64,000 nt of DNA, from NCBI GenBank assembly GCA_028284265.1, contig JANQRZ010000006.1:327472-391471 (forward strand), read 5' to 3'. The translations under genes were made by a program, and so were the position numbers. Source of the stretch: Rhodothermales bacterium (lineage in GTDB: Bacteria; Bacteroidota; Rhodothermia; Rhodothermales; JANQRZ01). Below, piece by piece: positions 1 through 9,519 of this stretch. Under the pieces are notes generated by a model. That model was not told where the DNA came from, ran no database searches, and saw only the letters and a list, made by a program, of their open reading frames with translations. The stretch's first letter is position 1. Every line of letters starts with the position of its first letter.

Positions 1-141
1 AAGAAAGCCGCCGACGCCGAGAGCCTGAGCGAAGACATGCGCTATGAAAGCGAGGACCGGCTCCAGAACATCACCGATGAGTACGTCGGCAAGGTGGACG
101 AGATGCTCGACAAGAAGGAAACCGACATTATGGCTGTTTAG
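1..141 (+). CDS. frr: Ribosome recycling factor, C-terminal fragment (gene starts upstream of window)
   Basis: Frame 1 is open from the window edge to TAG at 139-141. The translation ...SEDRLQNITDEYVGKVDEMLDKKETDIMAV resembles RRF C-termini. Confidence 0.7.
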   Translation, partial: KKAADAESLSEDMRYESEDRLQNITDEYVGKVDEMLDKKETDIMAV

Positions 142-228
142 CGAGTAACGAGGATCAAAGGGTGATTTTGCCGGATTTGCATTAGGATTCGGTCGCTCGA
201 TACTCGAACTTCGAGACTCGTCCTTTTC

Positions 229-316
229 GGAGAGGTGCCCGAGTGGCTGAAGGGGCGCGCCTGGAAAGCGCGTGTGCCGGTTCCCGGTACCGAGGGTTCG
301 AATCCCTCTCTCTCCG
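229..316 (+). tRNA. tRNA-Ser (anticodon GGA), type II with long variable arm
   Basis: Acceptor GGAGAGG/TCTCTCC. Anticodon stem CGCGC/GCGCG with loop CTGGAAA. T-arm GAGGG-TTCGAAT-CCCTC. Long variable arm GTGCCGGTTCCCGGTAC. No CCA is encoded. Confidence 0.85.
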
Positions 317-332
317 CATTCGATAGCTTTTG

Positions 333-391
333 GCTTTTGGCTGTTAGCTCTTAGCCTGTTTCATTCCGACCAAGAGCCAACAGCTAAAAGC
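333..391. repeat. Long imperfect hairpin built from heptamer-periodic GCTnTTn units, between tRNA-Ser and yicC
   Basis: The left arm GCTTTTGGCTGTTAGCTCTTAG pairs with the right arm CCAAGAGCCAACAGCTAAAAGC: 22 positions with 2 A-C mismatches and 1 G-U pair. No U-tract follows. Confidence 0.5.
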
Positions 392-398
392 TAACAGC

Positions 399-1274
399 AT
401 GATCTACTCCATGACCGGCTTCGGGCGCGGCACGGCGAGTGCCGACGGTGCCGACGTGACTGTTGAGGTGCGCTCGCTCAACGGGCGCTACTGCGAGGTG
501 ACGGTCCGCGCGCCGCGTAGCCTCGCCGAGCATGAGACCGAAATGCAGAGCCGGGTCAAGGACGCGCTTGACCGGGGCAAGATCGGCGTCAACGTGCAGG
601 CGCAACGTGAGGCCGCGTCGGCTCCGGTGCGTGTGGATGCCGCTGCTGCTGCAGCCTACCGTCGGCTCCTCGATGAAGTGCGCGAAGCCGCACGCCTAAC
701 CGAGCCGGTGAGTCTGGAGCAAGTGCTCAAGTTTCCCGACGTGCTCGTCGCTGCCGACGCCGAGGATCACACCGAAGGCGTGTGGGAGGCGACCCAAGCT
801 GCGCTCGCCGAAGCACTCGACGCGCACCTCGCCATGCGGCGACAGGAAGGCGATGCGCTCGCCGCTGACCTCCACGCCCGACTCGAGGCCATCGAAACCG
901 AACTCGACGCCGTCGAGGCCGAGGCCCCGGCGCGCATCGACGCAGCCCGGACCGCGATGCACGAGCGGATCGCCGAGTTGCTGAGTGATGAGCGCGTGGA
1001 CCGTGACCGGCTCGAATTGGAAATCGCCCTCCTCGCCGACAAGCTCGATGTGAACGAGGAGTGCGTCCGCCTTCGCTCGCACCTCGCCCTCTTCCGCGAA
1101 GCGCTCGCCAGCGACGAGCCGGTGGGCCGACGCCTCAACTTCCTCGCGCAAGAGTTCAACCGTGAGATCAACACCATCGCCTCGAAGGCCAACGACCCCG
1201 GCATCGCGCACCGCGCCGTGACGATGAAGGAGGAACTGGAGAAGATCCGCGAGCAGGTGCAGAATGTTGTCTGA
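399..1274 (+). CDS. yicC: YicC-family stress-induced protein / endoribonuclease
   Basis: ATG start. The N-terminus MIYSMTGFGRG and C-terminal LNFLAQEFNREINTIASKAND...EELEKIREQVQNV are typical of YicC (DUF1732). Confidence 0.85.
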   Translation: MIYSMTGFGRGTASADGADVTVEVRSLNGRYCEVTVRAPRSLAEHETEMQSRVKDALDRGKIGVNVQAQREAASAPVRVDAAAAAAYRRLLDEVREAARLTEPVSLEQVLKFPDVLVAADAEDHTEGVWEATQAALAEALDAHLAMRRQEGDALAADLHARLEAIETELDAVEAEAPARIDAARTAMHERIAELLSDERVDRDRLELEIALLADKLDVNEECVRLRSHLALFREALASDEPVGRRLNFLAQEFNREINTIASKANDPGIAHRAVTMKEELEKIREQVQNVV

Positions 1275-1842
1275 CACGTCCATGAAAATCGTCGTCCTCA
1301 CGGCTCCGAGTGGTTCCGGCAAAACGACCATTGCCCGCGAACTCATGGCTGCCGAGCCGGACCTCCGGTTCTCGGTCTCGGCGACGACGCGCTCGCCGCG
1401 TGGCACCGAGCGCGATGGGGTCGAATACTTTTTCCTCTCCGACGAAGAGTTCCGGTCGCGTATCGCCGATGGGGCCTTTTTGGAGTACGAAGAGGTCTAC
1501 GGCGGCTCGCTCTACGGCACGCTCCGCAAGGAGCTAGAGCGCGTCGCTGTGGAGAGCGGTGCAGCGCTCCTCGACATCGACGTGAAAGGGGCGCTCAACG
1601 TCAAGCGGCTCTACGGCGATCAGGCGCTCACGCTCTTCATCGCCCCGCCCTCGCTCGCGGCCCTCGCCGAGCGGCTCCAAGTGCGGGGGACGGACGACGA
1701 AGTCGCCATCGCCAAACGCCTCGGGAAGGCCGAGCAGGAAATGGCCTACGCCTCCGAGTTCGACGAAGTCATTGTCAACGACGACCTCGATACGGCGGTT
1801 GCGGAAACCGTAGCGCGCGTGCGCGCGTTTCTCGCCGACTGA
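1264..1842 (+). CDS. gmk: Guanylate kinase
   Basis: P-loop TAPSGSGKTT and the conserved S(V/A)TTR motif. An alternative start lies at ATG 1282 (MKIVVL...). Conserved yicC-gmk-rpoZ order. Confidence 0.9.
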   Translation: MLSDTSMKIVVLTAPSGSGKTTIARELMAAEPDLRFSVSATTRSPRGTERDGVEYFFLSDEEFRSRIADGAFLEYEEVYGGSLYGTLRKELERVAVESGAALLDIDVKGALNVKRLYGDQALTLFIAPPSLAALAERLQVRGTDDEVAIAKRLGKAEQEMAYASEFDEVIVNDDLDTAVAETVARVRAFLAD

Positions 1843-1879
1843 CCCGATTTTATCTACCCCTGCCCAACCCCTGCCTCGC

Positions 1880-2182
1880 ATGGCTATCAAAACCATCGAC
1901 ACCGCCGACCTCGCTGAGAAGATCGGCAACCTGTACGAAGCTACCGTCATCCTCTCGAAGCGTGCCCGCCAAGTCGCCACGCACACCAAGGCCGAGTTGG
2001 ATACCAAGCTCTCCTACTTCGAGGACTTCGGCCTAGAGCCGACCGACGAGATTCGTACCAACGAGGATCAGCTTCGCGTCTCACTCGAATACGAGCGTCG
2101 CGCCAAGCCGACCGAGGTCGCCATCGACGAGATGATGGAGGACGAGATCTACTACCGCAACCCCGGCTTGGAAGAGGGGTAA
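1880..2182 (+). CDS. rpoZ: DNA-directed RNA polymerase subunit omega
   Basis: 100 aa. NLYEATVILSKRARQV is omega-like, and the gene sits downstream of gmk. Confidence 0.8.
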   Translation: MAIKTIDTADLAEKIGNLYEATVILSKRARQVATHTKAELDTKLSYFEDFGLEPTDEIRTNEDQLRVSLEYERRAKPTEVAIDEMMEDEIYYRNPGLEEG

Positions 2183-2238
2183 TCCATTTCTAGTCTGGTT
2201 CTCAGTTTCTCGTTTCTAGTTGGCTATCCCAACCGTTC

Positions 2239-3498
2239 ATGCCTAACGAAGAACGAGCAACGAAGAACGAGCAACTTCAAGGCCGTAGGGTCTTGCTCGG
2301 CGTCTCCGGCTCGATTGCGGCCTACAAGGCAGCGGAACTCATTCGTCTGCTGAAGAAAGCCGGGGCCGAGGTGCAGGTCCTGATGACGCCCGACGCGGCG
2401 CGGTTCATCACCCCACTCACCCTCGGCACGCTCTCCGAGCGCGAGGTGCTGACGGAGATCTTCCCCGAGAACGCCGACGGGAGTTGGACGAAGCACGTCA
2501 ACCTCGGACTCTGGGCCGACCTCTTCGTCGTGGCTCCGGCTACGGCCACGACGCTTTCCAAGCTCGCTGCCGGACTGTGCGATTCGATGCTGACGGCGAC
2601 GGCGCTCTCAGCGCGCTGCCCGGTCATGGTGGCTCCGGCGATGGACCACGACATGTGGCTCCACCCGGCCACGCAGCGCAACCTACGGACGCTCCGCTCG
2701 GACGGCGTCGAGGTGATTGATCCGGCGCACGGTGAACTGGCGAGCGGCCTTATCGGGACCGGGCGGTTGCCCGAGCCGGAGGTGCTGCTCGAGCGCATCG
2801 CGGCGAAGCTGAACGAGGCCGACGAGCGGTCGAGCGGTGTGCTTGCCGGGAAGACGGTTCTTGTCACCGCAGGACCGACCCGCGAGGCGGTCGATCCGGT
2901 GCGCTACTTCACGAATGGCTCGACCGGCACGATGGGCTATGCCCTCGCCGAAGCCGCCGCCCAACGAGGTGCCGATGTCACCTTGGTTAGCGGGCCGACG
3001 AACCTTGACGCCCCGCCCGGCGTCGAGCGGATCAACGTGACGAGCGCCGCCGATATGCACGCTGCCGTGATGGCGCACGCCGAGGCCGATCTCGTTCTCA
3101 TGGCCGCCGCCGTCGCCGACTACACGCCTGCTGAGATGAGCGACCGGAAGGTCAAGAAAAGCGACGACGACCTGAGTATCCCGCTCCGCCGGACGACCGA
3201 CATCCTCGCGGCGGTCGGTCAGCAGAAACGCGACGGTCAGGTGCTCATCGGCTTCGCCCTCGAAACGCACGACGGGGCAGCGAACGCGCGCGGCAAGCTG
3301 GAGCGGAAGAACCTCGACTTGATTGTGCTCAACCACGCCAACGAAGACGGCGCGGGCTTCGGGACCGGCACCAACCGCGTCACGATTCTCGGGTGCGACG
3401 GCTCGGTGACCGAGGTCTCGCAGCGCCCGAAGCGCGACGTGGCCGAGGCCATCCTCGACCGCGTGCTGGCTCCGTCCGCCGAGCCGGTCGCATCGTGA
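2239..3498 (+). CDS. coaBC: Bifunctional phosphopantothenoylcysteine decarboxylase / phosphopantothenate-cysteine ligase
   Basis: 419 aa. N-terminal flavoprotein motif VLLGVSGSIAAYK and a C-terminal CoaB domain (LVTAGPTREAVDPVRYFTNGSTG). Confidence 0.9.
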   Translation: MPNEERATKNEQLQGRRVLLGVSGSIAAYKAAELIRLLKKAGAEVQVLMTPDAARFITPLTLGTLSEREVLTEIFPENADGSWTKHVNLGLWADLFVVAPATATTLSKLAAGLCDSMLTATALSARCPVMVAPAMDHDMWLHPATQRNLRTLRSDGVEVIDPAHGELASGLIGTGRLPEPEVLLERIAAKLNEADERSSGVLAGKTVLVTAGPTREAVDPVRYFTNGSTGTMGYALAEAAAQRGADVTLVSGPTNLDAPPGVERINVTSAADMHAAVMAHAEADLVLMAAAVADYTPAEMSDRKVKKSDDDLSIPLRRTTDILAAVGQQKRDGQVLIGFALETHDGAANARGKLERKNLDLIVLNHANEDGAGFGTGTNRVTILGCDGSVTEVSQRPKRDVAEAILDRVLAPSAEPVAS

Positions 3499-4196
3499 GT
3501 TGGCTTGGCAGTAGCTTCGTCCTGCTTCTCTGCCTCCTCACCGCCGGGTGTATGAACCAGCCTCCCACGCCGCCCGCCGCCGGTCTCCGCTACCTCGCGC
3601 TCGGCGACTCCTACACGATTGGCGAGAAAGTCGCGCCCGAGGTCCGCTGGCCGGTGCTGCTGGCCGACTCGCTCCGGGCACGCGGGATCGCCATCGGCCC
3701 GCCGACGATCATCGCCCAGACAGGCTGGACGACGGACGAACTCGACGCTGCCATCGACCGCGCTGATCCGCAGGGAGCATTCGATCTCGTCTCGCTCCTG
3801 ATCGGCGTCAACAACCAGTACCGGAAACGGAGCGTCGAGACCTACCGCCCGGAGTTCGCGGCGCTACTGCAACGCGCCATCGGGTTCGCGGGCGGCGATG
3901 CCTCGCGCGTCCTCGTCCTCTCGATCCCCGATTGGGGCGTGACCCCGTTCGCCGCCGAAGACGACCGACCTGCCGCACAGATCGGCGCGGAGATCGACGC
4001 CTACAACGCGGCGGCCCGCGAGGAGACGGAGCGAGCGGGCGCGCACTTCGTGGACATCGCCCCCACCTCCCGCACCGCGCTCGGCGACCCGTCGCTCACC
4101 GCCGAGGACGGTCTGCACCCCTCAGGCACGATGTACGCTGCGTGGACCGAACTCGCGCTGCCAGTCGTGCTTGACGCCCTAGGCTTTGCTCACTAA
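3495..4196 (+). CDS. SGNH/GDSL-family hydrolase lipoprotein
   Basis: A GTG start overlaps the coaBC stop (GTGA). Lipobox LLTAGC. Block I LALGDSYT, block III GVNN, block V DGLHPS. The 5' part of track ORF 3393.. is rejected. Confidence 0.8.
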   Translation: MSWLGSSFVLLLCLLTAGCMNQPPTPPAAGLRYLALGDSYTIGEKVAPEVRWPVLLADSLRARGIAIGPPTIIAQTGWTTDELDAAIDRADPQGAFDLVSLLIGVNNQYRKRSVETYRPEFAALLQRAIGFAGGDASRVLVLSIPDWGVTPFAAEDDRPAAQIGAEIDAYNAAAREETERAGAHFVDIAPTSRTALGDPSLTAEDGLHPSGTMYAAWTELALPVVLDALGFAH

Positions 4197-4208
4197 TCGG
4201 ACTGTGTC

Positions 4209-4562
4209 ATGAGTCAAGAGTTATGGGTCTTGCTGGGGGTCATCGTCGGCGCGGCGTCAACAGGTTTTTTCAACTGGCTACTCCAGAAGCGCCAGTTCGA
4301 TCACAACCTCGCCATGTTCCGCCTCCAGAACCAGGGGCCAGAGAATGTCAAGCGCATCCTGACGGATATGCTCAACCATCGGAGTTACACGGACCGCTCA
4401 TTCGAGGCGCTGAAGCAGCCTGTGGGCGGCTACTCTGATGAGGAGGTTCGTCAGTTGCTTCACGAGGTAGGGGCACGGCGGACGGAGCGCAAGGATGGGT
4501 CTGAATGGTGGTATCTGCTGGAGCGGCAAGATGAGCGGATCGAGAAGCTAAAAGGAGGATAA
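4209..4562 (+). CDS. Hypothetical protein with one N-terminal TM helix
   Basis: ATG start, 117 aa, hydrophobic N-terminus WVLLGVIVGAASTGFFNWLL. GC is visibly lower than the flanks. No family recognised. Confidence 0.5.
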   Translation: MSQELWVLLGVIVGAASTGFFNWLLQKRQFDHNLAMFRLQNQGPENVKRILTDMLNHRSYTDRSFEALKQPVGGYSDEEVRQLLHEVGARRTERKDGSEWWYLLERQDERIEKLKGG

Positions 4563-4599
4563 CGTGGAGGCTGTGTAGAGTCTCGGTGAGGACAGACGC

Positions 4600-5160
4600 A
4601 TGAGTGAATGGGATGCCGAAACGGCCGAATGGTATGCGCAGCACTATGGTGAGTACCCCACCAATCGACTTGCTGTGGAGGCGCTGAATCTCGCTGCTAC
4701 TTCGACGGTTGTGGATATTGGCTGCGGGACCGGCTCGGCCCTACGGCATGCAGCGGCTCAAGTCACCAATGGTGCACTGATCGGTGTCGATCCGGTGCCT
4801 CGGATGATCGAGCTTGCGCGGGAGCAGACCGTGAGCGATCCCGCTTCTGAGCGGATCGTATTTCATCAGGGAAAGGCTGAAGACATACCCGTCGGAGATG
4901 GCGTCGCTGATATCGTGTTTGCCTTCGACTCCTTCGATCACTGGAAGGACAAGGCGCATGGTTTAGCGGAGGTTCGCCGAATCCTTCGGTCTGACGGCTG
5001 CCTTGTGGTTGTGAAAGATGGTGGCCTGCCTGGCGCAAGGAAAGCACGTCAAGCATTTACTGACACCCTGGAAAGGGCCGGTTTTGCGATAGCAAGGGAG
5101 AGGGAGATAGCAGAGGACGACGTGTCATTCACGATGTGGGAATGCTCCGTCGCGACTTGA
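4600..5160 (+). CDS. Class I SAM-dependent methyltransferase
   Basis: Motif I VVDIGCGTGSA, followed by an acidic loop and DIVFAFDSFDHW. Confidence 0.8.
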   Translation: MSEWDAETAEWYAQHYGEYPTNRLAVEALNLAATSTVVDIGCGTGSALRHAAAQVTNGALIGVDPVPRMIELAREQTVSDPASERIVFHQGKAEDIPVGDGVADIVFAFDSFDHWKDKAHGLAEVRRILRSDGCLVVVKDGGLPGARKARQAFTDTLERAGFAIAREREIAEDDVSFTMWECSVAT

Positions 5161-5294
5161 AGTAGAGAGTCGGCGTGGCCTTATGTCTGCATACAGACGC
5201 AGGGCGGTGAGGAATCGGTGCAGACGGAGGCAGGGTGTCACTCGCTCGGTGGGGTGCCCGTACCCTGACCCATTGCTCACCATCCGGTATCGCT

Positions 5295-5873
5295 ATGGCT
5301 ACCGCGTCCTTGACCCTCATCCACCCGCACCTCCGCTCGCTCCTCGCTGACGCCGAGGCCACCCGCGCCGAGGCCGAGCGGCTCCGCGCCGACCTCTCCG
5401 ACGCGCAACTCACCTGGAAGCCCGCGCCCGACGTGTGGAGTGTCGCCGACTGTTTCGAGCACCTCCGCAAAACCGACAAGGCGTACGGTCGGGCGCTTCC
5501 CGAGGCCATCGCACGGATGGAGCCGGGCGGCGGCCCCTACGCGCCGTCGCTCTTCGGCGGATGGTTCGTCAAGTTCGTCTCGCCGGATTCGAGCATGAAG
5601 CTGAAAGCACCGAAAGCCATCCGGCCCCTACGAGGCGGAGCCTCGAACGACGCCGATGCGCTCGACCGATTCCTCGACCAACAGCAGCAGCTCTTCGCCT
5701 TGATCCGACAGGCGGATGGGAAGAATCTCAACACGGGCAAATTCCCGTCGCCGCTCCTGAGCATCGTAAAGTTCACCGTCGGCGAGGCGCTGACGCTGCT
5801 GGTCCGCCACGAGCAGCGGCACCTCAACCAAGCCCTCCGGCTCACCGAGCGGTCGGACTTTCCAAAGGCCTGA
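5295..5873 (+). CDS. DinB_2-superfamily protein
   Basis: Contains CFEHLRKTD and LVRHEQRHLNQ, the His-containing helices typical of the DinB fold. ATG 5295 is preferred over GTG 5235. Confidence 0.65.
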   Translation: MATASLTLIHPHLRSLLADAEATRAEAERLRADLSDAQLTWKPAPDVWSVADCFEHLRKTDKAYGRALPEAIARMEPGGGPYAPSLFGGWFVKFVSPDSSMKLKAPKAIRPLRGGASNDADALDRFLDQQQQLFALIRQADGKNLNTGKFPSPLLSIVKFTVGEALTLLVRHEQRHLNQALRLTERSDFPKA

Positions 5874-5942
5874 GGTGATTTGAGGAAGCGGGCCGGGGAG
5901 CCGAGACTGAAGACCTAGTCTCTCGGTCTCTTTTGGGTCGCC

Positions 5943-6593
5943 ATGCCTCGTGTTGCCTTGCTTCTGTTTCTCGCTGCCGGACTCGCGGCGTGCGCGTCCG
6001 ATGTTGCCGAGACCGCTATCCGGCAGGGCGACCGGGCCATGAACCGCCTGCGCTATGCTGAGGCCGTCGAGCAGTACACCCTCGCCATTGATGCAGGCGC
6101 GGACGTGGCGGACGCCCATCTCGGGCGAGGTCGGGCACACTGGGCGATGGGCCAGTTTGAGGAGGCCGTCACCGATCTCGACCGGGCCATCGAACTCGAT
6201 CCTGATGCGACGTGGGCCTACTATTTCCGAGGCTCCAGCCTGCTCCAGATCGGTCGCTTCGAGCAAGGCATCGCCGACCTGATGGAAGCTACGCGGACCG
6301 AGGGGCTGCCGGTTGAGGACCGGATGCGGGCGCACTACCTTCGTGCGGTCGCCCATATGCACCTCGAACAGTACCACACGGGGATCGAGGCGCTCACCGA
6401 GGGCATCGCACTCCGGCCCGCGTTCGCGTTCTACTACTTCGAGCGCGGCCAACTCTACGAGATCACCGGCCAGACCGAGGCGGCGGTAGCGGATTTCGAG
6501 CAGTACCTGTCGCTCGCCCAGCCGGGCGGCGAACTGGCTGTGGAGGCCCAGCAGCGGCTGGACGCCCTGCGCCCGGCCAGCGCGACGAGCTAG
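5943..6593 (+). CDS. TPR-repeat lipoprotein
   Basis: Signal peptide plus lipobox (LAACAS). Several repeats of a 34-aa A/Y/G pattern, e.g. YYFRGSSLLQIGRFEQGIADL. Confidence 0.75.
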   Translation: MPRVALLLFLAAGLAACASDVAETAIRQGDRAMNRLRYAEAVEQYTLAIDAGADVADAHLGRGRAHWAMGQFEEAVTDLDRAIELDPDATWAYYFRGSSLLQIGRFEQGIADLMEATRTEGLPVEDRMRAHYLRAVAHMHLEQYHTGIEALTEGIALRPAFAFYYFERGQLYEITGQTEAAVADFEQYLSLAQPGGELAVEAQQRLDALRPASATS

Positions 6594-6599
6594 GCGGGT

Positions 6600-8630
6600 T
6601 TAGACAGTTGCGGCGACGGGGCGACGCGCCGGTTGAGCCGGGGTGCTCTTGAGGCCCTGCGCCGTGTAGTGGGCGATGGCCTGCACTGACAGCATCGGGT
6701 TGACGCCGCTGGACTCGGGGAAGCAACTCGCGTCGGCGACATAAAGGCCCGCGACGCCGCGCACCGAGCCGTCGGGTCCGACGGGATGGCGCTTCGCATC
6801 GCCGCCCATCCGGCACGTTCCCATCTGGTGGGCGGTGAAGAGCGGGAAGCGGTTGGCCTTCCACCCCCAGCCCGAAATCCCAGCGAGCAGCTTCTCTAGC
6901 TCGACCTCGCCGTGGACGCGCTGGTAAACCGGCGCGGAGTTGTGCGGGAAATACACTTCCTCGGCTCCGGCGGCGAGGTGGATGCGGCACGCCTCGGCGA
7001 TGCCCCGCAGCACATGGTTCCGGTCGTAGCTGCTGAGCGTATACCGGAGGACGGGCTGCCCGTTTTTGTCGGTCTCGACCCGGCCCGAGTCGCGGTCGCG
7101 GGTGAGGACGATGAACGAGCCGAGGTGGTCGGCGTGCTGCATCGTGGCCTTGTGCTGCGCGCCCGAGCGCCACGGCAGGGCGAGGCCCATGATGCCCGCG
7201 TGCAGCGGCGGCGTCTCCAGCTTCGGCCCGTAGAGATCGTCGAGTTTCGAGAACTCGCTGGAGACGACGCTCATCATCGGGCCATACCACGGTTCCATCG
7301 GTTCGGGGTAGCGCGCCGCGACGCCAACAGTCGGATGGAAGAAGAGGTGCCGCCCGAGGTGCGGGTGCTCGACGCCGCTCCGCATGAGGAGTGCCGGGGT
7401 ATGGATCGACCCCGCCGCGACGACAACGCGCTCGGCCCGGACCGTCACCCGGACGCGCGGCCCATGCTCCGGTGCATAAAACCCGACGATGCCCGTTGCC
7501 CGCCCGTTTTCGATCACCACGCGCTCGACGGTCGTGTCGGCGAGGATACGCGCACCGCACGCGACGGCACGGTGGAGGCTCGTGCGGAGCGTACTCTGCT
7601 TCAGCCCATCGCGGTCGCCGAAGGGGCTGAACCCGACGCGCCGCCACTCGGCCTCGCTCTGCGGCAGACGCTGGTTGCGCGGGATATCGGTGACATGGTA
7701 GCCCAGCGCCCGGCATCCGTCGCGGAGCGCCCGGTTCTGCGGATTGTGCGGCGCGTCGCGGTCGGCCCCGATGCAGAAGTCTGTTTCGAGCGCGTCGAAG
7801 CTTCGCTGGAAGGCCGGGCTGCGGAAGTGGGGCGCGTCGTGCTTGTCGGCCCACTGGCGGAGGATGTAGTCCGGTGTGCGAAACGATCCGGCCCAGTTGA
7901 TCGTTGTCCCGCCGCCGAGGCAGCTTCCGGCGAGCACGCTGACCGAGCCGCTCTTCGTGGTGAGCGCGCCGTGTTGCTCGTAGAGCCGGTCCATCGCCTC
8001 CGTCTCGCGCTGCGCGAAGGCGTCGCGGTCGAGGTATGGTCCTTTCTCAATCACGACCACGTCCTGTCCGGCCTCGGCGAGTTCGCCTGCCACTACGCCG
8101 CCGCCCGCGCCACTCCCAACGATGACGGTTTCGCATGAGAGGAGGAAATCGTGCTCCGGCGTGAGCGGCTCGATGGCGCGCTCGAACGCAGGCGGTTCGG
8201 CGGGTGGGCCGGGATAGCCGATGACGGGCCAGTTCGGGTTCGGCTTATCGGCCTCGGCGTAGCCATAGAACAGGAGGCACGTCGCGTTCTTCAGGCTGGC
8301 GAAGCCCTTGCGAAGCTGCGGCACCGGCGAGAGCGACCACCGCTGGAGGAGTGTTTCGCGCTGGGCAGGCGACAGCACTGTGATTGGCTTCAGCGGGCCG
8401 CCCCACGTCAGCCCGAGAATCCGCGAGCCGAGGAGGTCCAGCAACTGGCCGAACTCTTTCTGCTGCGCTGCCGGAAGCGCTTCGATGAGGTCGGCAAAGA
8501 GGCCGGGCACACCGAGGTCGGAGGCACGACGTGCCCAGAAGCCGTGCGGGTCGTGTTCGCGCTGGATCGAGGGCACGAGCGCGTCGCAGGCGGCGCAGAG
8601 CGAAGCGGTTTGAGAAGGCGTCAGCGGCAT
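6600..8630 (-). CDS. GMC-family FAD oxidoreductase (long-chain alcohol oxidase-like)
   Basis: FAD fold VIVGSGAGGGVVAGELAEAGQDVVVIEKG and a C-terminal GMC signature (HQMGTCRMG...LYVADASCFP). ATG 8630 is preferred over 8717. Confidence 0.85.
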   Translation of the reverse strand: MPLTPSQTASLCAACDALVPSIQREHDPHGFWARRASDLGVPGLFADLIEALPAAQQKEFGQLLDLLGSRILGLTWGGPLKPITVLSPAQRETLLQRWSLSPVPQLRKGFASLKNATCLLFYGYAEADKPNPNWPVIGYPGPPAEPPAFERAIEPLTPEHDFLLSCETVIVGSGAGGGVVAGELAEAGQDVVVIEKGPYLDRDAFAQRETEAMDRLYEQHGALTTKSGSVSVLAGSCLGGGTTINWAGSFRTPDYILRQWADKHDAPHFRSPAFQRSFDALETDFCIGADRDAPHNPQNRALRDGCRALGYHVTDIPRNQRLPQSEAEWRRVGFSPFGDRDGLKQSTLRTSLHRAVACGARILADTTVERVVIENGRATGIVGFYAPEHGPRVRVTVRAERVVVAAGSIHTPALLMRSGVEHPHLGRHLFFHPTVGVAARYPEPMEPWYGPMMSVVSSEFSKLDDLYGPKLETPPLHAGIMGLALPWRSGAQHKATMQHADHLGSFIVLTRDRDSGRVETDKNGQPVLRYTLSSYDRNHVLRGIAEACRIHLAAGAEEVYFPHNSAPVYQRVHGEVELEKLLAGISGWGWKANRFPLFTAHQMGTCRMGGDAKRHPVGPDGSVRGVAGLYVADASCFPESSGVNPMLSVQAIAHYTAQGLKSTPAQPARRPVAATV

Positions 8631-8732
8631 AGCATCATCCACTACAATATTAACAGCGTTAACCGAGGAGATAGTATACGACCACAACGAGGGTAAGAAG
8701 GCGCGCCGTACCCCCAACTTTTGGCGCTACGC

Positions 8733-9431
8733 TCAGAAGAGTCGCACGAGATAGAGACTCACCACAGGTGTTCCGAAAAACCGCTGCGTCGGGCTTTCGA
8801 CCTCCGGGCGCAGTTCGAGCAGATCGACAGGCTCGAAGAAGTACGATCCAACGTAGCCGATCCGAAAGCCCTGCGTGGCGCGGCGGCTCTCGCCAAAGTA
8901 GGCCCCGACCGCGAGCGTGCCGCCGACGCCAAGCTGGAAGCGGCCCTCATTCAGCCCGCTCAGGGCACCGAGCTTGCGTTCGTCGTTTTCGCGGATGCCG
9001 TTGCTGTTGCTGTCCTCGAAATAGGGCCACTGAAATCCTGCCGACGGGCCTGCCAAAAGCTGTACGAACGGGCGGAAGCTGTCCTCGATAGACTCTCGAA
9101 ACAGTCGCTGCTCGATGCCGATATGGAGCGGGGCGACGAGGAAATAGCTCCGCTTGAATGGCACCACGGTGTCGCCGAAGAAGCCGATGAAAAACTCCTG
9201 CTCGCGCTCGTCCTTGCCCGCCCCGACGCTGAACTCGGCCACGAATGAGGTCGTCTCGCTGAGGGCATTCCGGTAGAGGCCGCCCAAACCGAACCCGTAG
9301 TTGGTCAAGAGTAGCGTTGCGCCGACGCCGTTGCCGTAGTGGCCCAAGTCCTCGGGCGGCGGCTCGGGGAGCGGCTGCGCATGCGCTATCCCGAAACCGA
9401 GCACAAGAAGTAGGAGGAAGAGGCGTTGCAT
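8733..9431 (-). CDS. Hypothetical outer-membrane beta-barrel-like protein
   Basis: Signal peptide MQRLFLLLLVLGFGIAHAQ, alternating G/aromatic strands, and a C-terminal ...LVRLF (terminal Phe). Confidence 0.55.
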   Translation of the reverse strand: MQRLFLLLLVLGFGIAHAQPLPEPPPEDLGHYGNGVGATLLLTNYGFGLGGLYRNALSETTSFVAEFSVGAGKDEREQEFFIGFFGDTVVPFKRSYFLVAPLHIGIEQRLFRESIEDSFRPFVQLLAGPSAGFQWPYFEDSNSNGIRENDERKLGALSGLNEGRFQLGVGGTLAVGAYFGESRRATQGFRIGYVGSYFFEPVDLLELRPEVESPTQRFFGTPVVSLYLVRLF

Positions 9432-9519
9432 CGGAGCAGCGGCAGATCGGAAACAGCCTACCCGATGCCCGGATGATTTGTTCGAGGGGCACGGGCTTTC
9501 CCACCGCCCCGGCGTAGCT

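Noticed and set aside
6463-7854. A 463-aa Arg/Pro-rich ORF on the minus strand, in another frame of the GMC oxidoreductase gene.
   Set aside because: It has low-complexity R/P/A composition typical of off-frame translation of high-GC DNA, and it is fully nested in a gene with clear FAD and GMC motifs.
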